Positions 7,514 through 16,428 of a stretch of DNA of 60,411 nt are shown here, in pieces. The stretch spans positions 1 to 60,411 of the IMG/VR virus record IMGVR_UViG_3300036781_000814; one strand, written 5' to 3'. This DNA is from a virus. Lineage: Duplodnaviria; Caudoviricetes. Under the pieces are notes generated by a model, which was not told the origin of the DNA, searched no databases, and saw only the letters and a program-made list of their open reading frames with translations. Numbering within the stretch: the stretch's first letter is position 1; each line of letters begins with the position of its first letter. The position numbers and the translations under genes are program-made.

Positions 7514-8411
7514 GTGCGTCGAGGAGTTCGAGCTGCTGCTGCCTTTCGAATTCGTTTCGAAGCTGGTTGGCCTTCTTCCCCAGCAGCCAATCACCATCTC
7601 TCTCCTTCCTAAGAATAAGGGAGAGATCATAGGCGAGGGAGACATTCACAAGCTGGGTACACTGGATAAGGTGGAAGACTTTCCGAAGATCCCCAACATC
7701 CCCTCCAGGAAAGCCGTTGACCTGGATGCGAGTTTCATGCGGTGGTTAGAACGGGCGATGGAATCGGTAAGTAAGGATAAGCTGCGTCCGGCAATGACAA
7801 AGGCGCTGCTGGAGATCAGCCCGGATGACATAACGATCGTCAGCACCGACGCCCACAGCCTCTTCCGCCATAAGTTTCCCGTTCAGTCGCTGATGACGGA
7901 GCAGATACTGATCTCTCCTAAGATCGCCCTATCCTTGCAAGGGTTTGAAACCACAAAGCTGTCCTGGAATGCGACACATCTTGCGATGAAAGCGGATAAC
8001 GTGACCATTATCGCCACCCGGCATAATGATAAGTTCCCCGATTACCGCGTAGTGATCCCCAACCAGCCGGCCAACCTCGATATCAGCCGCGCGGAACTGA
8101 TCAGCGGGATAAACCGCGTCAGCCTTGTCAGTTCCCAGCAGATTAAATTCCAATTCACCGGCGACGCCCTGGACAAACTGACCTTATATGCGGAGAATGA
8201 GGAAAGGAATTCGGCGGTAGAGGTATCCGTCAGCTATTCCGGCAATACTCCATCGATCGCATTCGCGCCGGAGCTTTTCAAAACCCTGCTTCATCAGATA
8301 CCTTTTTCGGAAATCCGGCTTCATATCGACTCTGCTGTCCGCGGGGTCCTCATCACAGCAGAAGAGGATCCTGATTATCTGGGAATGATTATGCCACTCT
8401 TACTTAACTAA
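7332..8411 (+). CDS. dnaN: DNA polymerase III beta sliding clamp
   Basis: 359 aa; PVIPALSNI, TSDLELTI, VSTDAHSL, KFPDYRVVIP, C-terminal MIMPL. Confidence 0.93.
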   Translation: MKKLIINSKDLKAALQKLSQVIVKKPVIPALSNIYLRVRGNEVELITSDLELTISYVCKCECVEEFELLLPFEFVSKLVGLLPQQPITISLLPKNKGEIIGEGDIHKLGTLDKVEDFPKIPNIPSRKAVDLDASFMRWLERAMESVSKDKLRPAMTKALLEISPDDITIVSTDAHSLFRHKFPVQSLMTEQILISPKIALSLQGFETTKLSWNATHLAMKADNVTIIATRHNDKFPDYRVVIPNQPANLDISRAELISGINRVSLVSSQQIKFQFTGDALDKLTLYAENEERNSAVEVSVSYSGNTPSIAFAPELFKTLLHQIPFSEIRLHIDSAVRGVLITAEEDPDYLGMIMPLLLN

Positions 8412-8918
8412 ATGAATATGAACTTTTTTACTGACCTGGCTGCCTACGGGCAGGGAATTGACATCAGTCTGCGGATCAAGGGCAAAAATGGGAAGCTGAC
8501 GATCCAGATCGAGCCCCAGCCCGCACATAACTCGACACTTAAGGCCTTGCGTGTTACGGGTAGCCCCGAGGATCTGGACCGGGAGTTTTCCGAAGCGGCC
8601 AAGGCTGCCAGCGTTGTTCCGGAAGGAGTGCAGAATAGCACGGCAGATATGGAAGCTGATGTTGCTTCGGCGGCTCATAAGCCAAAGGAAGAAGGCCGAT
8701 CCTTCCCTACAAAGAAGAATACCGGCAAGAAAAGCAACAAGGCTAAAAAGACGGTGCCGCCAAAGAAGGGAACTCCTCCGGTCTCAAAGACCTCTCCAAC
8801 ACCGGTGGATATGTTCAGTCCTGGCACCCCGGGGGCGGCGGTAGCTGACGAGCCCAACACCGACGACCAGGATGAAGTGGAGGAAGGCGGAGAGACCGAT
8901 GAAACCGAAACCGAATAA
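8412..8918 (+). CDS. PRTRC system protein E
   Basis: N-terminal FF..L, LRVTGSPEDLDREF motif, Lys-rich then acidic low-complexity tail; position before protein C. Confidence 0.8.
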   Translation: MNMNFFTDLAAYGQGIDISLRIKGKNGKLTIQIEPQPAHNSTLKALRVTGSPEDLDREFSEAAKAASVVPEGVQNSTADMEADVASAAHKPKEEGRSFPTKKNTGKKSNKAKKTVPPKKGTPPVSKTSPTPVDMFSPGTPGAAVADEPNTDDQDEVEEGGETDETETE

Positions 8919-8939
8919 TCACTTTAATATTTTCCTTAT

Positions 8940-9161
8940 ATGCCACTCGAAGTAACCAATCTCAAAAGAGCCTTTTCCTTTAAGAAGGACGGCAAACGCA
9001 TCGATCTAAGCGATCCCAACCCTGAGTTCTCTGTCCAGGAGGTGCTTCAGTTCTATTCCGGACAGCACTCCGAACTGACCACCTGTACCATCGATGGTCC
9101 TAAGATCGAAGGAGATAAGGCCATCTACGAATTTAAGACGACAGTAGGGACAAAGGGATAA
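8940..9161 (+). CDS. PRTRC system protein C (prokaryotic ubiquitin-like)
   Basis: 73 aa; LSDPNPEFSVQEVLQFYSGQHSELTT; ends TVGTKG. Confidence 0.9.
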   Translation: MPLEVTNLKRAFSFKKDGKRIDLSDPNPEFSVQEVLQFYSGQHSELTTCTIDGPKIEGDKAIYEFKTTVGTKG

Positions 9162-9189
9162 TCATGAAACTCAAAGATTTCAAAAAGTC

Positions 9190-10329
9190 ATGCCGAAAAA
9201 AGCTACCAGCAAAAGATCTTCACAGCAAGTTGGGCGCCGCGCTAAAAGGCGAGCTGCGGGACCACCATCTTCACGCAAGAGACCAGTACATGCTCCGCAG
9301 ACTGCCAGCATCGTCGGAGATTCCCTGGCTGCCATGAGGTTCAAACCGAAATCCGGAACGGAAGTGTTTTTTGCCGTAGGCGGCTTGGATGGCGATGATG
9401 CAGAGCGGATCTACGGAGATATCTATAAAGGATACACCCGGTTATACGAGCTTCTCAGGAAAGAAAGGATGGCCTTCGATCCGTTGAAAAAAGGCTTGTC
9501 TTACCCGGTGGCGCTCGGCTGGCTTCTTCGGCAGATCAAAACATTAGTGCCGGCTGAGTTTGATTTCAATATTGACTCGGAAGAAAACGGGTCAGGTTGC
9601 CACCTCACCATTTTCAAGGAATGCTATTGGCCCAATCAATTTCTTGCCCTGGAATGCGGACCCGCATTGCTTAAACTTGGCAAAGTAAACCGTCCCCTGC
9701 AAGCTCTCTTTATGAGTTTTATCCGGACTTTCGGCGGCGCGACATCCATTGACATTTGGACAGCAGGTATGATGGGTAACAGCCTGGAGATGCTCGACGA
9801 TAATATGTTGCAAATGGAAGGCGACCGCGATCCGCAAGACCTCGAGGAGATGGGAATCGAAATTAAGGCGCACCGATCGGGAATTCCATACAAACTTTCA
9901 AAGCAGATCAGAAAAGCTCCCTTAATGAGCCCTGATGAGCTGCAGCGCCGGGCTAAGCGGTATAAGGCCGGCAACCCCATTGCGAATCTTATTCACCAAG
10001 GCGCTGAATTACTCAGAGAGGGATGCAGCCTGATGGATTACACGTACTGGTCCAGTCCTGAAGACATGTACCACAATGCCTGCCTCCTCTTACTCGATCA
10101 GGCATCGTTCGTATGGGAATTCAACACCCATCTGATGAATGAGCATGAAGAATACCTCGACTGTCAGGCGCAAGAAGGTGTTCAGCAGCCTATCGTATCT
10201 GCCACAATCGATCGGGCGACGAAAAGCCTTGATATGAAAGCGCTTTCCAAAAAGGCAGACTGGCCGACGCGTTTGGTGGACTTCTTCAGCCGGGCGTATG
10301 AACTAACCGAAAAATTCAAACAGGCATGA
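9190..10329 (+). CDS. PRTRC system protein F-like
   Basis: Size and position between C and B; family motifs only weakly recognisable. Confidence 0.55.
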   Translation: MPKKATSKRSSQQVGRRAKRRAAGPPSSRKRPVHAPQTASIVGDSLAAMRFKPKSGTEVFFAVGGLDGDDAERIYGDIYKGYTRLYELLRKERMAFDPLKKGLSYPVALGWLLRQIKTLVPAEFDFNIDSEENGSGCHLTIFKECYWPNQFLALECGPALLKLGKVNRPLQALFMSFIRTFGGATSIDIWTAGMMGNSLEMLDDNMLQMEGDRDPQDLEEMGIEIKAHRSGIPYKLSKQIRKAPLMSPDELQRRAKRYKAGNPIANLIHQGAELLREGCSLMDYTYWSSPEDMYHNACLLLLDQASFVWEFNTHLMNEHEEYLDCQAQEGVQQPIVSATIDRATKSLDMKALSKKADWPTRLVDFFSRAYELTEKFKQA

Positions 10330-11051
10330 ACGAGCTTACCGACAACCTCATTAAAGAGTATCATCCCAGACTGGCGATCATCGCACACACCTCTGCCCTG
10401 AATGACTGGCGGGATGTATACCTCGAAAGCCACCCTATAAACGAGGCTGGGCAGATACTGGAAGGAAGACCCCTGAAGCAAGAGACAATCCAGGAAATAG
10501 TAGATGTGTTTTTTGATGAACGGCAGAACGCGGTCGCGGTCAGCGGTATGATCCCCGCCAATGTGCTCCAATTCGAGGTTTTACCCGGCGGCAGATACTC
10601 TCTGATGTGGTACCGCCCGGCAGAACGCCGCCGGATCTATTTTTCAGAGTCTCTTAATATTCCATCCGGTGAGGCCTGGATGCCTCCGATGATCTATCAT
10701 ACGAAGGACAGCCGGGGACTGGCGATGTATGCATTGGCAAACGACGACCGCCCTGCCGAATCAACCCGGTTATTTAGAGCGCCATTCCATAACATCTATG
10801 ACGATGGTGACGTCTGCCTGGGAAATGCGCAGGTAAAGAAGCCGTCTCAGAAGACCTACGCATCCCTTATGAAATATTGGGAAGATCTCTTTTGGCTGAG
10901 CGAGTTTACTCACCTCAATGGCACCGCCAATCCTACAAAAAGTAACCTCGCGTTGCTTTGGCCAAAGCTGGTGAAAAATAAGAAGCTGACCTGGTCGCAG
11001 TTGGATGAGCTCAAGCCCTATAAAAAACAAACCGTAAAAGACTTAATATGA
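10326..11051 (+). CDS. PRTRC system protein B (prokaryotic E2-like)
   Basis: WYRPAERRRIYF, LFRAPFHNIYDDGDVCLGN (candidate catalytic Cys), WEDLFWLSEFTH. Confidence 0.88.
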   Translation: MNELTDNLIKEYHPRLAIIAHTSALNDWRDVYLESHPINEAGQILEGRPLKQETIQEIVDVFFDERQNAVAVSGMIPANVLQFEVLPGGRYSLMWYRPAERRRIYFSESLNIPSGEAWMPPMIYHTKDSRGLAMYALANDDRPAESTRLFRAPFHNIYDDGDVCLGNAQVKKPSQKTYASLMKYWEDLFWLSEFTHLNGTANPTKSNLALLWPKLVKNKKLTWSQLDELKPYKKQTVKDLI

Positions 11052-11809
11052 TCGTTCACTATACCGAGAAATATCTGCTGAACCCCGTCCATAGGATCAC
11101 CGTCAACCTGGTGGGCCTCGGCGGCACCGGATCACAGATGCTGACCTGCCTGGCCCGGCTCAACGAAACCCTCAAGGCCTTGGGTCATCCGGGACTTCAC
11201 CTGAAGGCCTGGGATCCGGATACGGTAACCTCCGCGAACCTGGGCCGCCAACTCTTTTCTCCGGCAGATCTTAACCAGTCGAAGGCCATAGTGCTGACTT
11301 CCCGTATAAACAGGTTCATGGGCCTGGATTGGGAGGCTCATCCCCGGGAGTACAACGGAGGCGAACCCGCCAATATCCTGATCACCTGCATCGATACTGC
11401 CGCCGGGCGAGTTGCGCTTTCGGAACATGTCGTTGAACGCAAAACTGTAGAGGTAATAAAAAGACCCTATTACTGGCTGGATCTTGGCAACCTGCAGAAG
11501 ACCGGTCAGGCCATACTCGGAACTGTCAATAACATATCGCAGCCGAAAAGCGATGAACACACCACCCGGGCGACATTGCCCAATGTGGTCAAATTCTTCC
11601 CGCGGCTCAGGAAAATTAAAGAGGAGCAGCAGGGCCCCAGCTGCTCCCTGGCAGAAGCCATCAGAAAGCAGGATCTGTTCATCAATAGTGCGCTGGCGCA
11701 ATTCGGTGCCACTCTTCTTTGGAAGTTGTTCCGGGAGGGAATGATTCGGCACCATGGCTTCTATCTGAACCTTGATACTCTGCAGACCAATCCTATACCT
11801 ATTAAGTAA
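11048..11809 (+). CDS. PRTRC system ThiF-family (E1-like) adenylyltransferase
   Basis: VGLGGTGS, DPDTVTSANLGRQLF, ITCID, YWLDLGN, GPSCSLAEAIRKQDLFIN. Confidence 0.92.
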   Translation: MIVHYTEKYLLNPVHRITVNLVGLGGTGSQMLTCLARLNETLKALGHPGLHLKAWDPDTVTSANLGRQLFSPADLNQSKAIVLTSRINRFMGLDWEAHPREYNGGEPANILITCIDTAAGRVALSEHVVERKTVEVIKRPYYWLDLGNLQKTGQAILGTVNNISQPKSDEHTTRATLPNVVKFFPRLRKIKEEQQGPSCSLAEAIRKQDLFINSALAQFGATLLWKLFREGMIRHHGFYLNLDTLQTNPIPIK

Positions 11810-11834
11810 CCAATCACTCTAAATAAGACCAAAG

Positions 11835-12242
11835 ATGAAACTGAAGTATTTCTCAGAACAAACGATGCCCCGGAATATGGGGGGGGGGAAATCGTGCATT
11901 CCCCGGGTCAATTTTGGCAACAAAGGCGCCGTTGCCTTCAATAAGGAAGCCGGTAAGTTGCTTGGCTTCAAAGTCGGCGACAAAATATCTCTCGGCCAGG
12001 ACGAGGAGGATCCGGAAAACTGGTACTTCTTCCTCGACAAGGACAACGGGTTCGCGGTACGCCAATATAAGGACGGCGCCTGGCTCTTTAATCACGCGGC
12101 CCTGGTTTCAGCCTTCGTGGAGTCGAAAGGTTTTGATGCCGGCAAAACCATAAAAGCGTTGATCGCTGGCCAACCAACGATCATGAAAGGCGACAAAGCC
12201 CAGACGAAGTACTGGGGTATCCTGGTCCGGCCGAGCATATAG
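11835..12242 (+). CDS. Hypothetical protein (G10 tract near the 5' end)
   Basis: 135-aa ORF. Confidence 0.6.
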   Translation: MKLKYFSEQTMPRNMGGGKSCIPRVNFGNKGAVAFNKEAGKLLGFKVGDKISLGQDEEDPENWYFFLDKDNGFAVRQYKDGAWLFNHAALVSAFVESKGFDAGKTIKALIAGQPTIMKGDKAQTKYWGILVRPSI

Positions 12243-12260
12243 TTTAAAACACCTTTCTAT

Positions 12261-12464
12261 ATGACCGACTATTATTTATTAACCCAGCTGGTCGAGAAGA
12301 CCAGGAAGTTGAGAGAGGCGCAGGAGGCTTACATCAAACAGCCTGGTGATCCGAAAACGGATCAGTTGAAAAAGGCCCATTGGGCAGAGCGAAAGCGGCG
12401 GGAGGAGGATGTAGATCGTCTTCTTCCGCTGATCAAGACCGCCCGACCGGAGCTATTTTGTTGA
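12261..12464 (+). CDS. Hypothetical protein
   Basis: 67-aa helical ORF. Confidence 0.5.
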   Translation: MTDYYLLTQLVEKTRKLREAQEAYIKQPGDPKTDQLKKAHWAERKRREEDVDRLLPLIKTARPELFC

Positions 12465-12508
12465 CGCCTTAGTTTTTAATCCGTACCCGCCAATCCTAAA
12501 AAGCCGTT

Positions 12509-13687
12509 ATGGGCAGATCCGTTAAGCCAGGTATTACATTTTATAGGATGGACAGCGGTCACATCCTGAATAAGAAGATCAGACTTTTGTTCAACGAGTT
12601 CGACAGCGACGGGTATTATATCTGGCATGCCCTGGTAGACTATGGCTACGGCAAGTGGGGGTATTATTTCGATATGAACGACAGGGACGAGCTGGAGCTC
12701 TTTGCGTCCGAATACTGTAAGAAAAAAGTGAGCGCCATCCAGGAAGTGATTGCCGGGTGTATCCGTCGGGGTCTTTTTGATAAGACCGTGGCCGATATGT
12801 TTGGGATCCTTACCTCCGACATGATGCAGGAGACTTTCCTTATTGCGACGTCTGAGAGGCGTGCTAAGGATACGTACTTCGAAATGCGACAGGAATGGGT
12901 GCTCATTGATCTTTCTTCGGATGTTCCAAAGAATATAGTCATTGTTCCGGGGAACAATTTGATTGTTCCGCCGAAAAATCAAGAAAATCCGCCGAACAAT
13001 CCACAGATTAGAGAAGATAAGAGTAGAAAAGAAGAGAGAGGGGCGCCTGGGGCGCCACGCGATCGGGACAATGGGGAGGGTAGTGGGAGGAAAAAATTCA
13101 TTCCTCCGGTATTTTCCCAAGTGAAGGCCTACTTCCTTGCCACGATAGGGGCGCCCGACCATCCAAAGCACTGGCCTGAAGACAAGTGCGTCAACCAGGC
13201 GAGTTTGTTTTTAGATCACTACAAGGGAAATGGTTGGATCCAGGGGCAGGGTCGGGGCCGGCCGATCAAAGACTGGGAGGCGACAGCTCGCAACTGGATC
13301 AAACGGGAACTCGGCGGCGAATTCAAATTGCCAGAGCGAGCCAAGCCCGAGCCACCAACACCGAAACGCCAGGAAGATAACGGGCCGAAGCTCACCCCGC
13401 TACAGATCGAGATCAATGCCCTCTTTGACCTATGGTCTGAAAATCCGGAGCACTGCACGGTGATCAGCGTTACCGCCGATCACTACAACCTTCTGAAGAG
13501 CGCCGGCAGGGTAGCGTTTTCGCCGACGGAGACAGAGACGATCAAGCAGCTGGCGCTGGCGCACATGCAGGAAAAGAAGCTGGAAGGCGAGAGCTATCAG
13601 ATCCGACTGATGAAGTCGTTCGGCGTCCTCGAGTTTTTCAAGCAGCAGAAGGCCGCCGGCAACATTGAAATTTTCGAATTAAAATAA
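12509..13687 (+). CDS. Phage replication initiator (DUF4373/Lin1244-like N-terminus)
   Basis: MGR..KPGITFY..D...NKKIRLL....GY.IW..L...Y...GYY; C-terminal FIPP..V..YF, HY..NGW, KDWEATARNW; internal iterons. Confidence 0.8.
   Translation: MGRSVKPGITFYRMDSGHILNKKIRLLFNEFDSDGYYIWHALVDYGYGKWGYYFDMNDRDELELFASEYCKKKVSAIQEVIAGCIRRGLFDKTVADMFGILTSDMMQETFLIATSERRAKDTYFEMRQEWVLIDLSSDVPKNIVIVPGNNLIVPPKNQENPPNNPQIREDKSRKEERGAPGAPRDRDNGEGSGRKKFIPPVFSQVKAYFLATIGAPDHPKHWPEDKCVNQASLFLDHYKGNGWIQGQGRGRPIKDWEATARNWIKRELGGEFKLPERAKPEPPTPKRQEDNGPKLTPLQIEINALFDLWSENPEHCTVISVTADHYNLLKSAGRVAFSPTETETIKQLALAHMQEKKLEGESYQIRLMKSFGVLEFFKQQKAAGNIEIFELK
12921..13040. promoter_or_regulatory. Putative replication origin: four iterons at 21-bp period plus purine-rich tract
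   Basis: TGTTCC-N3-GAA(C/A/T)AAT-like units at 12922, 12943, 12964 and 12985 (last one degenerate); perfect ATTGTTCC-GG-GGAACAAT inverted repeat at 12941-12958. Confidence 0.65.
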
Positions 13688-13694
13688 ATCCGAT

Positions 13695-13922
13695 ATGGCA
13701 AAAGCTAATATGGACCTCTTTGCTGCAAACCTGCAGTACCTGATGCGGAGGCTGGATCTCACTGGCGACGAGCTGGCTGATCTGCTGAAAATGAAATACC
13801 CCCGGATCAAGGCCTGGGTAAACGGCAAGACCTATCCGGCGCACGAGGCGATGGTGCAGCTATGCCAGGTGTTGGGTTACTACGACATTTTCAAAATGCT
13901 CACCGAAAAGATCACCCTATGA
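13695..13922 (+). CDS. XRE-family HTH protein
   Basis: FAANLQYLMRRLDLTGDELADLLKMKYPRIKAWVNGKTYP. Confidence 0.8.
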   Translation: MAKANMDLFAANLQYLMRRLDLTGDELADLLKMKYPRIKAWVNGKTYPAHEAMVQLCQVLGYYDIFKMLTEKITL

Positions 13923-14119
13923 AGGGTACGACCCATGACCGGTATGTCGAAATGGTCTCGATGCTTTGCGCCGGCGAGACGCAGAAAGAGATAGCCGCCA
14001 AGTTTAAGACCCGAAGTAGAGTAATCTCCGCATCGATCGTTCGTCTTCAAAAAGCCTACAGCGCGAGGACCACCGACCAGCTGATCGCCATCCTCTTCAG
14101 GCACGGATTGCTAAAATGA
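13919..14119 (+). CDS. LuxR-type HTH protein
   Basis: LCAGETQKEIAAKFKT...LQKAYSARTTDQLIAILFRHGLL; ATGA-coupled start. Confidence 0.7.
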   Translation: MKGTTHDRYVEMVSMLCAGETQKEIAAKFKTRSRVISASIVRLQKAYSARTTDQLIAILFRHGLLK

Positions 14120-14137
14120 AATTATTAAAAACTCAAT

Positions 14138-14374
14138 ATGTCAGAAACACAAAATACCCCCCCCCATGCGCATTTCGACATTATCGTCACCGAAGATCTC
14201 CAGGTGTCAGAGAAGGGGCTCAACAACGGCACATTACAGTTTACGGGCTGCAGCGTCTGTATGGCCGCAGCCATCGCTTCGCACATGTGCCAGAGTGAGG
14301 CAATCCGAGAAATGATCTTTCGATCGGTCGGCATGTATACCATGCAAATCATGTCATCCCAAAAACCAACATAA
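14138..14374 (+). CDS. Hypothetical protein
   Basis: 78-aa ORF, CxxC, C9 tract near the start. Confidence 0.45.
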   Translation: MSETQNTPPHAHFDIIVTEDLQVSEKGLNNGTLQFTGCSVCMAAAIASHMCQSEAIREMIFRSVGMYTMQIMSSQKPT

Positions 14375-14384
14375 AATTTACTAT

Positions 14385-14741
14385 ATGAATGATTTTTCAT
14401 TGTGTAGCAACATCCCCAGTGGCTTCGCGAGCATCGGGTGCGACGCGGGTGGCAATACCATCACGGCCCTGGTGGTGGTTGAATTCAAAAGGGTAGATGG
14501 CCGGCTTATCGCCTTCTGCCGGGATGCCGCTGATCCGATATACGGGCGGATACTACAGGCGGATGTGACCGAACACTATACTCATCTCCGAGATGAACAG
14601 ATCCCTGTGCTGCCCGCTCAGCTCAAAATGCCGCCAGTGGGCCAATTAAACGTAGAACGCCCGATTGAGCAGCAAACGCCGTTGCAAAGTATTCAGGGCC
14701 GACATCCCCGGTATAAGAATCATAAAAACAGGAAACGATGA
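14385..14741 (+). CDS. Hypothetical protein
   Basis: 118-aa ORF coupled to the next gene. Confidence 0.5.
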   Translation: MNDFSLCSNIPSGFASIGCDAGGNTITALVVVEFKRVDGRLIAFCRDAADPIYGRILQADVTEHYTHLRDEQIPVLPAQLKMPPVGQLNVERPIEQQTPLQSIQGRHPRYKNHKNRKR

Positions 14742-14956
14742 ACCAAGGACTCATATCCGTCATCCTCCCACGTAGGGAGAATCCGGAACAGCTGGCGATC
14801 AAAAGGCTCGAAGCTGCCGCCCATAAGGTCCCCAACTTCCAGATCAGCTTTCGCTCCCGGGTGATCTGGGGGATCAAGGCTGGTCCGCTCGAGGTCCGAC
14901 ATGAGGACTTCGTAGAGTGTGCAAACGAATTTTCAAAAAAGGCCCTTCAAGGGTAA
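14738..14956 (+). CDS. Hypothetical protein
   Basis: ATGA-coupled 72-aa ORF. Confidence 0.5.
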   Translation: MNQGLISVILPRRENPEQLAIKRLEAAAHKVPNFQISFRSRVIWGIKAGPLEVRHEDFVECANEFSKKALQG

Positions 14957-14966
14957 AACAACACAA

Positions 14967-15680
14967 ATGAAATTTATACCAATACTTTTTTCCCGGCCAA
15001 TGGTTTTGGCGATCCGTTTTGGCTGGAAGACAATGACCAGGAGAACTACCCACGATAATGGAGATACTCTTATCGGGTATGAGTATGTGACTGGCTGCCC
15101 GACTTACCCGGCGACTTGGAAGGGTAAGTCATCAGAACCCTATACAGGATGGGCTGCAAAATTTTCGAACCTGCCTCTGGCTATGCCACGGATATGTCCT
15201 TATGGGCAGCTTGGAGACGTGCTATGGGTAAGGGAGGAACACTACGCCTTCGGTTGGTGGGAAGACATAGAAGGCGAATTCACCGAAACCGGCAAGCAAA
15301 AGACACAATTCGTCCACACTGACGATCCGGCCATGAGTGACATCTACTTCGCTGATACCCTTCCGTCATTTATCCGTCTTTCCGAATCCAGGGGATCCTT
15401 TCCTGCCTGGCACAGACGGCCCGGGATGTTCATGCCAGCAAAATACGCTCGGCTATTTCTTGAGGTCACCGCCGCCCGAGTTGAACGAATTCAGGAGATA
15501 ACCGAAGCGGATTGTATAGCTGAAGGCGTCACGATCGGCGAATATCCCAATAATCTCGCATCCGTCGCCTTCGTTGACTTGTGGATGTCAGTTAACGGCA
15601 AGCGCTCCTGGTTGGACAATCCCTGGGTATGGGCAGTTTCTTTCAAGAATGTCGAAAAGTCTCAAAATTTCCCGATATGA
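14967..15680 (+). CDS. Conserved phage ASCH/PUA-like protein
   Basis: PILFS..MV.AI..G.KT.TRR, CPYG..GD.LWVRE, FMP...ARLFLEVT..RVERIQEITE.D.IAEG, NPWVWAVSF. Confidence 0.75.
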   Translation: MKFIPILFSRPMVLAIRFGWKTMTRRTTHDNGDTLIGYEYVTGCPTYPATWKGKSSEPYTGWAAKFSNLPLAMPRICPYGQLGDVLWVREEHYAFGWWEDIEGEFTETGKQKTQFVHTDDPAMSDIYFADTLPSFIRLSESRGSFPAWHRRPGMFMPAKYARLFLEVTAARVERIQEITEADCIAEGVTIGEYPNNLASVAFVDLWMSVNGKRSWLDNPWVWAVSFKNVEKSQNFPI

Positions 15681-16009
15681 CTCAGTTGCAATTATCGAAG
15701 CTACCAGGTATACCATGCATGTTTGGAGCACCCTTTTATCCCGGTGGAATGCCACTGTCTCCTGACAATGTATCTTTCTGCGACCTCACCATTCGTCAGC
15801 TTTTTATGAAAAGGGCTAAGGATATATCCCTGAAGATCGTCCCAGATTTTGATGAAGAGGAAATCCTGCGGAATTACGCCTTGTATCATATCCACGCTCC
15901 ATTATTTCAAAGCGAATTTACCGAGGAGTTGACCAGTCGGGATTTATCCGATGAAAGCCTGGATAGGCTCATATTTCTTTGTCTCGAATATGGGCTCGAC
16001 CCATTTTAA
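15677..16009 (+). CDS. Hypothetical protein
   Basis: ATGA-coupled ORF. Confidence 0.5.
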   Translation: MTQLQLSKLPGIPCMFGAPFYPGGMPLSPDNVSFCDLTIRQLFMKRAKDISLKIVPDFDEEEILRNYALYHIHAPLFQSEFTEELTSRDLSDESLDRLIFLCLEYGLDPF

Positions 16010-16038
16010 CTATTAAATACGGGAAACCGGATAATATC

Positions 16039-16422
16039 ATGGAGCAGAATAAGCAAATGATGGAGGAAGAGGCGTTAGATTTCTTTTCAGAGTTATACGG
16101 AGGCATGCACCATGTACCCGGATACAAAGTCCATGAATGGGGCGACGGATCGATGGTAAAGCATGACGCCGGAGAGATGGCGACCTACGACCACAACATG
16201 CTCACCCGCCTCGTGCTGATGGCTCACGACAACTGCTATAGGGTGTCAATTTCTAACCACGGACCCAAATGCTTGAAGATATGCGTCTGGAAAAGAAAGG
16301 GAAGAGAAGGTAGCTTATTTGAACGCCATCCTACAATAGAGCAGGCCATAGAGAAGCATAGGGACGCATCAAATCCAATTAACAGCTACCGGAAATCCCC
16401 TTCATTAACCCCTAATAAATAA
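16039..16422 (+). CDS. Hypothetical phage protein
   Basis: ATYDHNMLTRLVLMAHDNCYRVSI..HPTIEQAI. Confidence 0.6.
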   Translation: MEQNKQMMEEEALDFFSELYGGMHHVPGYKVHEWGDGSMVKHDAGEMATYDHNMLTRLVLMAHDNCYRVSISNHGPKCLKICVWKRKGREGSLFERHPTIEQAIEKHRDASNPINSYRKSPSLTPNK

Positions 16423-16428
16423 GTCTAT

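Noticed and set aside
11132-11755. Long antisense ORFs (also 24319-25077, 36223-37047, 40321-41208, 49542-50177)
   Set aside because: Shadows of well-supported + strand genes with no recognisable motifs.
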